Under the pieces are notes generated by a model that ran no database searches, was not told the DNA's origin, and saw nothing but the letters and a program-made list of their open reading frames with translations. The translations under genes were made by a program, and so were the position numbers. A stretch of 64,000 bases of DNA from Eledone cirrhosa (taxonomy: Eukaryota). Where the stretch lies: positions 274,474,001 to 274,538,000 of the forward strand of contig OZ024742.1 in assembly GCA_964016885.1 (NCBI GenBank). The letters are read 5' to 3'. This document shows, one piece after another, positions 1-14,715 of the stretch (within the stretch, counting starts at the first letter, position 1; each line of letters begins with the position of its first letter).

Positions 1-92
1 AGCAAAGTTAACCTCGGTGAGATTTGAACCCAGACTTTAAAGGGCCGTAACTCTATGCTGAAAAGTATGACGTCCGATGCTCTGCCGATACT
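1..92 (-). mobile_element. tRNA-derived SINE fragment cut by the window edge
   Basis: Matches 4173-4260 (caaagttaacctcgg...gatttgaac); box-B-like GTTCAAATC on the minus strand. Confidence 0.7.
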
Positions 93-1012
93 ATTGATAC
101 TTGTGTCTCCCTGTTAGATATGTTTTGTATTGTTGGAAGTCATCATATGAGGAAAACATTTTAAAACTAAAATTCTTTTGACATCTTTCTTTTCCATTTC
201 TATTTATATATATATATATATATTAATAGGCCTTCCTCTTCCTTTTTTCCCGGTCAATATGCAAACTCTTATTCTCATGTAATTTTTAATTATATGTCTG
301 CTAATGTATGGATGTAAAGACGTAATATATTTTGATGTACTGTTTTTAATACCGCTTCTGAGTGCTCCAATATATGTATTAGAGCACTCTCCTTTCTCCA
401 TACATATATGGCTACACCCATACATGTATTACAAAGAAAGGAGGGAATCATATTATAGTGTTAAGGCAAACCCAACATAGCAATTAAGCCATATATGTTC
501 AACTATTGGACTGCAATAAGTCAGTGGTTTTAACTAGTTCAAGAGTTAACTGATGTACCATACATTACAATCACAATTATAACATGACGTTGCCCGTGGA
601 CCTAGTATAAAGAGTAAATCCTAAAATGTTTACCTATTGTTCTATCCTAAATACTTCTTAAGGCTTCAATATTTCGCCTGTGCCTTAACTACTACTTATT
701 ATTGTTAAGGTCTGGCATCAAAAATATTATATCCTGTTATTAATGGCATTCGGGGGATTATTCCATTTGGAATGCTACATATGGAAATGTGGATGTACAG
801 CTTATGACATAGCCAGTCCAACTTGGTTAGTATATGTATTAAACATAGTATTAGGTAAGATGAAGTTTTCTAAATTTTCACATCGCAATGAGTAACAATT
901 TGGTGGTGTATTATGGGTATATATGGATATATATTATTCCTGCTGATTTAATAATGTAAAAGTTAAATTCACACTAAGATAGTTTTTTGTTTGATGTGGG
1001 TTGTAATATATT

Positions 1013-2603
1013 GATTTCTTTATTAGCCACAAGGGCGCAACAAGAAAGGGGACAATACAAAGACATGCCGGGGATTTTACATACAGTCGTGTAAAAAAAT
1101 ATAAAAACAAACAAACAATTTCAACAATCGAAATCCCCAATAGGGGGGAGGCGCCACAAATGGGTTGTTTAATACCCTGTCGATAGAACAACCCTCAACT
1201 CGAGGAGCGTGTTGTGCAAGTGCTCCTTTCTTCCTTTTGCTCTCTTCCTCAACCTACAGGCTTATAAACAGAGAAGGCCCAATCACTCGGGCCATTTTCG
1301 CTTCATTCACCCACCTTTCAGTAAATTTACTGGGGTGCAGTGCCTCTCTCTCCACCCTGATTCTCCTTCTAAAGTGATACTTAAAGAAGGGAATCAATTG
1401 TTGTCCGGAGAGAAAGGCATCTGTCCTCAGTCCTCTCAACCTCGTCCACCATATAACTTCTTTCACCATAGCCACCGTACAGAGGAAAACCGCCTCTCTT
1501 TCGTTTTTGAAAGAGTCTGGCGGTTTGATCCTTACTATGGACTCGGAAGTCAACTGTATTTGTCCCATACGCGACAGCAGTTGTTCTGCATAGTTCCACA
1601 GGTCGCTTACGCCCGGGCAGTGTACAATTGCGTGCAGAACCGTTTCAATGTCCTGCGCACATCTTGGACACGTCCTCTTGGAAGGATCCCTGCCAGGGCG
1701 TCCGTGCCTGTAGACCTTGTCACGAACCGGTAGAGCTCCTCGGTAGCACTGCCAGGCCAGGGACCTCTGGAAGTTGTCCATAGGTCCCGGGCGGAAAGTC
1801 CTACCAAACATACTGGTGAGCTCATCGTCTTCGACGCCCAGAGTCTCTCCGAGCACGTCGTCGCCCTTGTAACGTACAATCCCTCTATAGAATGTCGAAG
1901 TGGAGTCTCCACTGATTGCTGCGCCCGCTTGCCAGAGGACTGTGAGCGCCTGAGCGCATTCAATGTGCCAGGCGCCCATCGTTTTCGGTCTTTTCTTCAC
2001 CCAGGACTGCAGCTCCATTAGCGAGACGAGCTGTGGGAAAGCCTGTCTCACAAACGGTGCCCACACCGGTTGGGGGTCGGTGAGGAATACCTGGAGATGC
2101 CGCAGCCTTAGCGCATGTTTGCGCATAATCAGCCACGGCATTCCCAGCCCTCCGTTGGAAGGGTGCTGACAGCAGACGGATCTCCTCACCAGCGGAGCCT
2201 GCTTCTTCCACAGAAACTGGAAGAGCATGCGTTCCATCTTGGCGAGGTGTTCACGGGGACAAGGCACGACAGTCAAGCGGTAGTAGATGACGGACGCTAT
2301 GAAAGTGTTCGCCACCTCCGCTCGACCTTTCAAGGACAGTTTGCACTCTGCCCACTTCTGAGTGAGTGCAAACACCTTGGCGGTGACCTCGTTCCAGTTT
2401 TTCTCCACCTGGAGGTCTGGACCGAACCAGACCCCGAGCAATTTCACCGGTCCGTCCGTCCAGCGTCCAATGGCGCTGTCGGATGTCATCGGTTTGCCTC
2501 TCCACGTACCGAGTTGCAAACCGACAGACTTGTCTGGGTTTAGTTTTGCTCCCGTCAGCGTTTCGTATTCTTTCAGTATGTTGCCGATCACCCCGATTTC
2601 CGA
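1013..2603 (-). mobile_element. 5'-truncated L1/Tx1-clade LINE with a 14-bp target-site duplication
   Basis: GGTTGTAATATATT at 999-1012 and 2604-2617; GC-richer than flanks; AATAAA near the 3' end; intact ORF. Confidence 0.9.
1254..2591 (-). CDS. C-terminal part of Tx1/L1 ORF2 (RT thumb plus C-terminal zinc-binding domain), 445 aa
   Basis: YETLTGAKLNPDKS, KLLGVWF, LSLKGRAEVAN, GGLGMP, CPRC...ETVLHAIVHC motifs. Confidence 0.85.
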   Translation of the reverse strand: MIGNILKEYETLTGAKLNPDKSVGLQLGTWRGKPMTSDSAIGRWTDGPVKLLGVWFGPDLQVEKNWNEVTAKVFALTQKWAECKLSLKGRAEVANTFIASVIYYRLTVVPCPREHLAKMERMLFQFLWKKQAPLVRRSVCCQHPSNGGLGMPWLIMRKHALRLRHLQVFLTDPQPVWAPFVRQAFPQLVSLMELQSWVKKRPKTMGAWHIECAQALTVLWQAGAAISGDSTSTFYRGIVRYKGDDVLGETLGVEDDELTSMFGRTFRPGPMDNFQRSLAWQCYRGALPVRDKVYRHGRPGRDPSKRTCPRCAQDIETVLHAIVHCPGVSDLWNYAEQLLSRMGQIQLTSESIVRIKPPDSFKNEREAVFLCTVAMVKEVIWWTRLRGLRTDAFLSGQQLIPFFKYHFRRRIRVEREALHPSKFTERWVNEAKMARVIGPSLFISL

Positions 2604-3146
2604 GGTTGTAATATATTAATAGTAGTAGTGTGTTTTATTTCACAATATTCAAGAGTTATATCTAGTTGTGGATATGTAAGATTAAGTATCGATGTGAGTA
2701 TAGGTTAATCGTTCGGCTTAATTTAAAATATATTCTAATTTGCCAGTATTAGACTTGACATTTTAGGGTTGGTTGTCTAGCTTGATTTATAGTGTATGGT
2801 AAAACCGACGGTTAGTTCTATAATACAATGAGTTTGAGGAGGTTTCCCTATGCAAAATATCGATATGGAGACAAAAACTCTGACGATCCCGACCTTAAAC
2901 CAACTCCTGAAGGTCAAGTTATAAAACTATAAATATTTTAAAAACATTTAAGTTTTAAGGTGTTTCGGACTGCTCTTCTATAACGCACGATAGAATTAAT
3001 TAATAATTATTAATAATGGTATATCATGCAATGGTCATACTCGATAACGAGGGGGCAGCCATCATATATATATACAAGCACACGCAAATACACACACACA
3101 AACACACACACATACACACACACACACCTATATATATATATATATC

Positions 3147-3211
<65 letters not shown>

Positions 3212-3779
3212 CATGGCTACAACCAAGTTTCGAATAATGCCATCGCTTGATATTTAAGCATGAGCATCACGAACATGGCTTCCTAGTCCTGCAACGGACT
3301 TGCCTATGACCACAAATACCATATATCAGAGGAAATGTATCACATCAAGCGATTCCTGTGCTGGAGGCATTTTTTAAGTGAGGAAAGGCTTTGCTGAGGG
3401 CAAATCCCACTTTCCGAAAATCGAATGCGATTACCCAAAAAGAATAACTGGTCTGCATAATGGATGGAAACGAAGGTGCATGTTTTATATTAGAGTGATC
3501 TTCTCCTTGAGATGTATCTTAATAAATAAAGACTAGGTGTCTCTCACTCCCACCCCCCGCAAAAAACAACTTTATTGGAAGTATAACTTATTAATATCAT
3601 TTATTATGTTCCGGCTAGTGTTTATACTAATGGTTTGAGCCTCTGCATATGTGTGTAATTAATTCTATTTTGTGTATCCATTCACTTTTGTTGTAGTATC
3701 CAGCTCTAACTAATGCACCATCATATTCACTAGCCTTGCTAATGAAGATTTTTCTATTTTATAGAGACAGAACAAACCC

Positions 3780-4680
3780 AACGCTATTGTTTAGCGCGTT
3801 AGATATATGTTTACCGATATCACACAGATATAGTAGGATCTTTAATAGATACACAGTTAAACTATCATACTCAACAACGAACTATATAGCACAGAACATA
3901 GGAGAGATTACTAATAAAAACTTAAAAATTCAGCATAACGTAACCTCACACTCTATTAAACAAAATAATGAACACCAGCTAAACATTGACAATAACAACA
4001 TGCAAAAATAGACAAAATACCATAAACAAAAAACAGACAGATCAATGAACACACAGACACAGGGAACAAAAATAACGAACGATAATAATTGTTTCTACTG
4101 TTGGCACAAGGCTAGCAATTACCCAGTGCATTACTGGTACTTTACTTTATCGACCCCTTGAGGGTGAAAGACAAAGTTAACCTCGGCGGGATTTGAACAC
4201 AGAATGGCAAGGGCCGTAACTTTATGCGTCAAAGCATGGCGTCCGACCCTCTACCGAGTCTGCCAATCCACCAATAATAATAAATAATAAAATTAACCGC
4301 AACTACAGAAGTCCAGTCAACTGCTCTATGCAGAATAAATGCCTAGATAGAAACATTGTTTATGAATGTAGAATCTCTACTAGAAATAAAACATATAAAT
4401 ATATAGGGGCAACCTCAACTAGCATTAAGGAAAGGTAGTACAACTGTCGCCACACATTTAAACAACAAGAAGTAGCAGGGCTCTATCTGAAATGACATTA
4501 AGATTAAAAAGAAACTAAGTACAATACTCTCTCTGTCCTGGACTAAACTAGCATATGCTTTTCCTTATTTTAACGAATCTATTTCTACTTGTTGTGACAT
4601 TTGTACAACTGTTATTTTACATATTATAAATAGATGACAGATAGTTATTAATAAACTGTCGGCATATTTAACAGGTGCAA
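3780..4680 (+). mobile_element. Decayed PLE 3' fragment (RT-EN linker and GIY-YIG)
   Basis: PISHRYSRIFNRYTVKLSYS in ORF 3736-4011; NKCLDRNIVYEC...YKYIGATS near 4330-4420; split by a SINE. Confidence 0.7.
4085..4273 (-). mobile_element. Near full-length tRNA-derived SINE (octopus-type)
   Basis: Minus strand has box A TGGCAGACTCGG, box B GTTCAAATC and body CCGCCGAGGTTAACTTTG...GGGGTCGATAAAG..GTACCAGT; homologs at 1-92, 53185-53335 and 57240-57352. Confidence 0.8.
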
Positions 4681-4804
4681 AAATGTACAAAATCTCGAAA
4701 GCTTTCCGCAGAATATATCTTACACTGGTGGAAACATGGCTTTAAAATGTGTATAATAGAGTTTTGTAATGAAGGGATGTACGAATAAAACCTTTTCTTA
4801 TATT

Positions 4805-4883
<79 letters not shown>

Positions 4884-4932
4884 CATGAAGTAAAAGTCTA
4901 CAGGTTATAATTCACTTCGTTTAATCATAATC

Positions 4933-4992
4933 ACTGTTATATATATTTCGGTGATAACCGTCATGCAACAGGTATGATCTCATCAGGTAGCT
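4933..4992 (-). ncRNA. Degenerate type I hammerhead ribozyme (related to 18449-18520)
   Basis: CTGATGA..~30 nt..CGAAA-TATATA-TA-ACAG; stem I is partly disrupted. Confidence 0.5.
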
Positions 4993-5519
4993 AGAAGTTG
5001 AACAACTAAAACATACATAAAGAAGAAATAAAGCTTACTTATTTTGTTTCAAGATAATGATATGCCCCGGGCTGATATTTGGTGTTGCTCTTTCATACCA
5101 TCGGCTATATATGACTGAGAATAAGTAGCTTCATAGCATCAGCCAAAAGGGTATACACCCTATTTATTGGTTTCAATTAGCTTCACCACTATATCATCAA
5201 GTAATTTGATTTCCTTAGTGGTGTCATTGTCTGAGATTTGATTTCACCTTTTTCAGGAATCAGTTCTATCAGTGATTGACCTTGTAGATATATTGCTTTG
5301 TGAGTTTGAATTATTTTCAGTAGCAACAGTGACTGATGATTCTTTATTTTGTTTGGAGTGGAGGTTCGCCACTGTGTTCATAATAGTAGTAATGGCAGTA
5401 ATAATAATATAATGTAAAATATAATAAATAGAGAACTGCGAGAATGAAAGAGAGAGAGATTGTGATTGTGTGTGTAATTGTGTGTGTGAAGAGAGAGATA
5501 CAGATAGAGTGACTATGTG

Positions 5520-5640
<121 letters not shown>

Positions 5641-5651
5641 TAAATAATGCC

Positions 5652-6652
5652 CATAACTTGGGCATTATTTATCCCAACTTGTAGAAAACTTATAACGAAA
5701 CGATCGTATGGAAAGAAAGAGAGATTTATTTAATTATGTCTCATATAAAATAATACAACCAAATTTCCACGAAATGCTATATAGTAAGCATCCCAAACAC
5801 TTAATTGGGATTATACTTAGGTATATCCTAATGTTTGATGAGTGAGATGGAGTTGGTCAGAGTATCGCTTAAAGCTTTCAATGTTAATGTATTAAATATT
5901 ATACTCTTGGATGGCCAGATATGAAAATTCCAGATATTTAGGTATGACTTTATTTATTCTTTATATGAAATATTGATTGCATTTTCCTGTATCTCATGTC
6001 TGATATTTTTGCCTGAGAAAATACCTATATGTGTGTATAGATAGGGCGTACATATATTTATTATTTTTTTAATATCTCTATGTGTGTGTAGATGGTACAT
6101 ACATATGCTTATTTTTTTAATATCCAATTGAGTTCTTAAACACGTGGTGAAAATACCTAACAGGCTTCAATGACCAGCTTGTATATTATTTTATATTTTA
6201 CGATGACCTCCCCTTTCCCTTTTGTGGACAGTGTGAATTTTCTTTTTAAAAGACTACTAGGTTTTCAAATTTAGCTGTCCTTCTAGCACTGACGGAGACC
6301 ATCAATAATTATTAATATCGATGTAATTTTTTATATCGGTATTGCATGGGCATGCACTGATGAGTTATAAGGGCCCGCTTGTGTTTATATCTATGGATTA
6401 TATACAAGTTTCTACATAACTTGGACATTATTTATCCCAACTTGTAGTAATCTAATAACGAAACGATCGTATGGAAAGAAAGAGAGATTTATTACATTAT
6501 GTCTCATATAAAATAATACAACCGACTTTCCACGAAATACTATATAGTTAGCACCCCAAACACTTAATTGGGATTATATTCAGGTATATCCTAATGTTTA
6601 GTGAGTGAGCTGGAGTTGGTCAGAGTATCGCTTAATGCTTTAATGTATTAAA
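5652..6652 (+). repeat. ~763-bp HHR-bearing repeat, 1.3 tandem units
   Basis: 5652-5890 recurs at 6415-6652; diverged relatives at 33765-34090 (-) and 36740-37375 (+). Confidence 0.85.
6352..6476 (+). ncRNA. Type I hammerhead with a 96-nt stem II domain
   Basis: CTGATGA 6357-6363; GTTATAAG..CTAATAAC; GAAAC-GATC-GTA 6460-6471 with palindromic stem III. Confidence 0.7.
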
Positions 6653-6658
6653 TAAATT

Positions 6659-6778
<120 letters not shown>

Positions 6779-6802
6779 AACATATATATATGTATATATA
6801 TA

Positions 6803-7681
6803 CAATTGGTCTTTCGTGTGGTTGATTATGCTGATTGGGAGAGGAAATGGTGTATATATTTTATCAAATGATTCTATGGAATACTTTATTGTATATATAT
6901 ATAAATATATATATATATTTGTGAAAATATATATACATACGTATGTATGTATGTATACACATGTGTGTGTGTGTGTGTCTCATTATGGTGTACTTAACAC
7001 GAAAGTATAGTAACTGCTATTTAGCAAACACTATAATCGCTTTCAGTCCACCTTACTACCCGCCTGTAACCTCTGTATCATGTAGTAATTTCTTCTTCCG
7101 CCTTTTGAGATATTTTTCACTTCCTACAAGGGATTCAGTTCCCTTTCTTGACCGGTGTATCACGTGGTAATTTCTCCCTCCATCTTTTGAGATTTTCTCA
7201 CTTGCTACGAACCTGTCTGGAAATTATTTTTTCCCTGAGGAGTTCCTTGAAAAGCTGGTGTGCCTCACAACAATATTGCACATCTATAATTTTCAATGGT
7301 TGCAAACTGACCAGCGAAACTGTACAGTCGGCATTTTAAAGAAAAAATAGTTTTATATCTGTGTCTATTACTTCTTATTTTATAATTTGTTATATATATA
7401 AAACAAAGGAACGATCGACATTTGTCAAATCGGACCGACGAAACAATGTTTCCGTTGGTCTTTGCATTTGCTAATACTATCTATCGGTCGCAACTCCAGG
7501 TAGAAGAAGCAACGTGAAATAAAGTGTCTTCCTCAAGGACATAATGCATCGCCCTGTCCGTGAATCGAACACACAGCCTCAGGTTTTATATATATATATA
7601 TATATATATGTTTACAATCACACCGAGCATTATAATAAATTTTCGGGGAATCGATACGTACATGTGTATATGTGTGCATGG

Positions 7682-7690
<9 letters not shown>
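6803..7690 (+). repeat. ~0.9-kb duplicated composite module, copy 1
   Basis: Near-identical to 12876-13855; includes a SINE-like piece (~7510-7580) and ends in a piece of the 427-bp unit. Confidence 0.9.
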
Positions 7691-9083
<1,393 letters not shown>

Positions 9084-9136
9084 AATCAGGAAAGAAGGTT
9101 TACATGGTTTGCTATACAAAAAAGTTTTTAATCACT

Positions 9137-9246
9137 TAGCTTACATTTGTTTCACTGAACTGGTATGTCTAGAGATCGCTATCCGCTTAATTTTGCGTTA
9201 CTCGATCGCCAATACAGAATTATAACCAGTCAGATCTTCGGAGCAT
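9137..9246 (-). ncRNA. Type I hammerhead at the PLE1 3' end; ~80-nt stem II domain; core CCGAAGA
   Basis: GCT-CCGAAGA-TCTGACTGGT...ACCAGTTCAGT-GAAAC-AAAT-GTA-AGC. Confidence 0.7.
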
Positions 9247-9638
9247 GCGAGAATGTAGAAAATACACAGGCAAGAAAAGAATAGAAAATACGGCTACTAT
9301 ATGGAGTAGTTAGGGCATTCAATTAGAACAATAACAACAATTACAACAATGCTATCAATAAACTATTTAAGGAGACCCTGACATTACTTAGGTGGGGGGT
9401 ATATAATGTATCTAATGTTACGGCGTGAAAACCAGCTGTAATAAGGCAAAAAGTATCGAAGTGTGTATCAATTTTAAATTATAAAGATAAGCTAGTTTTT
9501 ACAGTCTTTCTCTTCATCTTCAACAATATACATGAGTGGGACCACTGTCAAAGCTCAATAGTTGTAGAGTTAATACAGAGGTTAACGAATTAATAAACGC
9601 ATATATCTACGCACACACACACACACACACATACACAT

Positions 9639-9671
<33 letters not shown>

Positions 9672-9999
9672 CACATATATACACATGCATGTGTATATAG
9701 ACACATACATACACATCAATATACACTCGTACAAAAATATACATACACGCAAAGAGAAAAGCGTGCTAATTGTAATTATGGCAAAAAGAAGGTAAAGTAA
9801 CATTGTACTAGTGAAATGAGAAAAACTAGGATCTAGGATCAAATGATTGCAGCAGCTGAGAAGGAGTAAGATTGTTGGTAGATGAGGTACTTACAGACAA
9901 TTGTGTGGTATAGACTTGTGAAGGAAATAGTATACTTAATGAATATATTTCTGTGGGTAGTAGGTATCCTAATTTAAAGCTATGTTATGTTGGTTCGAT

Positions 10000-11838
10000 T
10001 CACGGAGGTTTGAATCTTATGAATTTAGTGGCTATTCTATGTCTGCAGAAGATAGATCTTTCTAACTTATTATTAAGTAGCCTTTTAACATTTCTAAGGA
10101 TATACAATAGCTCAAGATCACACAGCCCGCAATAGGACATCCCTGTACTATAGGTTTTAGCAGCCGACAACTTCGACCAGTTGATAGTGTAGTTAGTGTT
10201 GCTGTCCTTCAATTCCCATATTTTTCTGGCGAGGGTGGATCCTATGTAATTCCAGGTGGAGTTACCCGAGATGACAGTGCACATGTACAACAGGCTCGAA
10301 TCGAGACATCTGTTCGCCAATGGGCACCTATCTGGGAGGTGACAGTTGCAGTTTGAGGCGCTATTTTGTGCAGCTTTTACATTCCTATTTAGTACCCTGT
10401 TATAAGTGGGTTGTGATATATGCCCAATGGGGTTTTGCTGCTGCGCGATTGTATGCGCTTGTGGTTGTGATGTTGTGATGAGTTTGTGCTTATGTATAGG
10501 TGCAATTGATTTACTTGAGATATTTCTGTGGTTGATCTTGCGTATGTGTGATTCTATGTTAGCTGCTGTTGAGAAAGAGAGTTTTATAGTAGATCTATTG
10601 AGTATTTTGTGATATCTATGCGAGATAGGGAAGTGTTTATCTATTAGTTTAAAGAATGTAGAGGGCAGTCTAGTTTTTATAGAGGAGTTGAATATTGGGT
10701 TGAACCATAGGTATTTTCTTTGTCTGTTTCTTCTATTGTTTCTAGGGTTTACGTTATTAGTGTTTTGGCCGCTTACTCTAGGTGTTACATGTCTAACCCT
10801 ATGTCTAGTCAAGCTATTCCTATTATTATGTGAGCGGTTGGAGTAGAAATTACTAGGATTGTTTATGTTGTCCTTATTCACTATATACTGTAGTTTATCT
10901 TTATGACCGGCCCTACTTAATGCTGCATTATAATAGTCAGCATGCTCGTTAAAGATTTCTAGGTTTGAGGATAAGCGGGATATTCGGAGGGATATACTAC
11001 GTGCTATGGATTTAATTATGGATTTGGGGTGATTTGAGTTGTAACTAATGTAGGCAAGATTTTCATTATTTTTGTGGAAAGGTTCTATTAATCCAGTATT
11101 TAGATTTAGAGTTACATCTAGAAAATTTACCTTCTTATGGTTTAGTTCGTAGGTAATACTTAGGCCTAGTTTTTTGAAGAATATTCTAATATTTTTCCTT
11201 AGTCTTTCCATGCTCTGGTTGTTTAGGTTCCTAGCTATAAGTAACGTGTCGTCCCTATAAATTCCTCCTTGGAGGTTACTGAATTCCTTATGTAGGTTGT
11301 GTGCTATGAATAGCCCCACGATATCTGTAATTTGTGCAGAATCATTTGATCCCATTGTAATATCGAAGCTATTTATTCTATCCTTTCTTACCCAGTAGTT
11401 ATTTTCAAATTTTACCATAGTCCTTCTAGCCGCTATTATTATTTCAATTTCATCATGGGTAAGATCAGAGTTATTTTGGGCAAATATAAGCGCCTTATCT
11501 AGGGTAGCTGGGGATATGGATGCATAATAGTCGTCTATATCAAATTGTATGAAGTTACACGTCTCCCTATTTTGTATTTTATTGAACCATTTAATTGCCT
11601 CGTTAGTGTTGCCCCATAAATTGATTTCTAGTTTACCCTTTATTTGTGCGATTACCCTATCTAGAATGTTTTTGCTAATTTTACCTATGTCTGACTTGGA
11701 TGGGCATATTAATCTAATGGTGGGATTAGTTTCAAAGTTATTTTTGTGATCGTTCAGGTTAAATGTAGGGTTGCACGGGGTAAGCGGTTCGGTCCTATCT
11801 GAAATTCCGAGTTTATTAACTATCTTGAGGCCGTCCAT
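10000..11838 (-). CDS. PLE RT + GIY-YIG polyprotein (612 aa; frame stays open upstream to ~11975; in-frame deletion in the endonuclease)
   Basis: FIQFDIDDYY, MGSNDSAQ, IYRDD, VNFLDVTL, SNHP, CNC..CPL..C, WNYIGST, CGLC. Confidence 0.9.
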   Translation of the reverse strand: MDGLKIVNKLGISDRTEPLTPCNPTFNLNDHKNNFETNPTIRLICPSKSDIGKISKNILDRVIAQIKGKLEINLWGNTNEAIKWFNKIQNRETCNFIQFDIDDYYASISPATLDKALIFAQNNSDLTHDEIEIIIAARRTMVKFENNYWVRKDRINSFDITMGSNDSAQITDIVGLFIAHNLHKEFSNLQGGIYRDDTLLIARNLNNQSMERLRKNIRIFFKKLGLSITYELNHKKVNFLDVTLNLNTGLIEPFHKNNENLAYISYNSNHPKSIIKSIARSISLRISRLSSNLEIFNEHADYYNAALSRAGHKDKLQYIVNKDNINNPSNFYSNRSHNNRNSLTRHRVRHVTPRVSGQNTNNVNPRNNRRNRQRKYLWFNPIFNSSIKTRLPSTFFKLIDKHFPISHRYHKILNRSTIKLSFSTAANIESHIRKINHRNISSKSIAPIHKHKLITTSQPQAHTIAQQQNPIGHISQPTYNRVLNRNVKAAQNSASNCNCHLPDRCPLANRCLDSSLLYMCTVISGNSTWNYIGSTLARKIWELKDSNTNYTINWSKLSAAKTYSTGMSYCGLCDLELLYILRNVKRLLNNKLERSIFCRHRIATKFIRFKPP

Positions 11839-11976
11839 GTTTATGCTGGTGAGTGTAGATTCATTTGTTTTTTTATATTTTTTATGTAGTTCACGCTGAA
11901 TAAAGTTATTGTATGTGTTAATGTCAATAGAGTATACGTTTGATGTTTTGTCTGCTTTTACTATGATACCGTTAGT

Positions 11977-12606
11977 GTTTGTTTACAAACACACCGAGCA
12001 TTATAATACATGTTCGGTAAATCCATACGTACATGTATATATGTGTGCATGTGTATATATAAATATACATACTACTGTACGTCTGTATACATATATGTAT
12101 GTAGGTATACATACTTATATTTAAGTAACAGCCGTACTAAGAGTGGGAAATGAAATTCCGTTTCATTATTTCCGTTTATCGTTTACGGTGCACCCGGCCG
12201 ATTAACCCACTCGATATGCAAATTGGGCTACTCAGCCGTTAATATGGATAAGGAAAGTATATACTTTCAGACGTTCAATCATCTGGCAGGAAGGTATACG
12301 TTGCTGACGATAGCTAATAAGCTTCAAACTAGTACAGCGTTCCTTTGTCAGTATTGAACAAACGAGCAACGATGGTTGCTAGACACTACGGCTTGATACG
12401 GGATGTTTTTTTACAAACACACCCAGCATTATAATAAATGTTCGGTGAATCCATACGTACATGTATATATGTGTGCATGTGTGTATATATATATACATAC
12501 TACTGTACGTCTGTATACATATATGTATGTGCGTATACATACCTATATTTAAGTAACAGCCCGTACTAAGAGTGGGAAATGAAATTTCGTTTCATTTTTT
12601 CCGTTT
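11977..12606 (+). repeat. 427-bp HHR repeat family, ~1.5 units; HHR at 12298-12340 has G12>C
   Basis: Matches the units at 19744-21412; reads CTTCAAAC instead of CTTGAAAC. Confidence 0.9.
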
Positions 12607-12621
12607 CTATATATATATATG

Positions 12622-12701
<80 letters not shown>

Positions 12702-12813
12702 GTATATATTTATATTTATTGAAATAACAGATGCTCTACGGTTCTTATATATTCGATATATATTCATCCTTATCGAGCCCTCTTTGGATTTTAGTCTTCA
12801 AATTTATTATTAT

Positions 12814-12870
<57 letters not shown>

Positions 12871-12875
12871 TATAT

Positions 12876-14645
<1,770 letters not shown>

Positions 14646-14648
14646 TTG

Positions 14649-14710
<62 letters not shown>

Positions 14711-14715
<5 letters not shown>

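Larger units (their letters stand above)
200..2860 (-). mobile_element. Highly decayed Penelope-like element interrupted by the LINE at 1013-2603
   Basis: ORF 204-425 has GECSNTYIGA (GIY-YIG-like); the minus strand near 630-650 reads TIGKHF, similar to NVGKKF in the other PLEs. Confidence 0.35.
9084..11976 (-). mobile_element. Penelope-like element 1, 5'-truncated
   Basis: RT+GIY-YIG ORF, ~0.9-kb 3' UTR and an HHR near the 3' end. Confidence 0.92.

Noticed and set aside
2875-2960. CTGACGA followed by a hairpin
   Set aside because: No intact GAAA box or stem III; at best a dead relic.
4180-4273. tRNA gene
   Set aside because: Box A and B belong to a SINE head; no cloverleaf.
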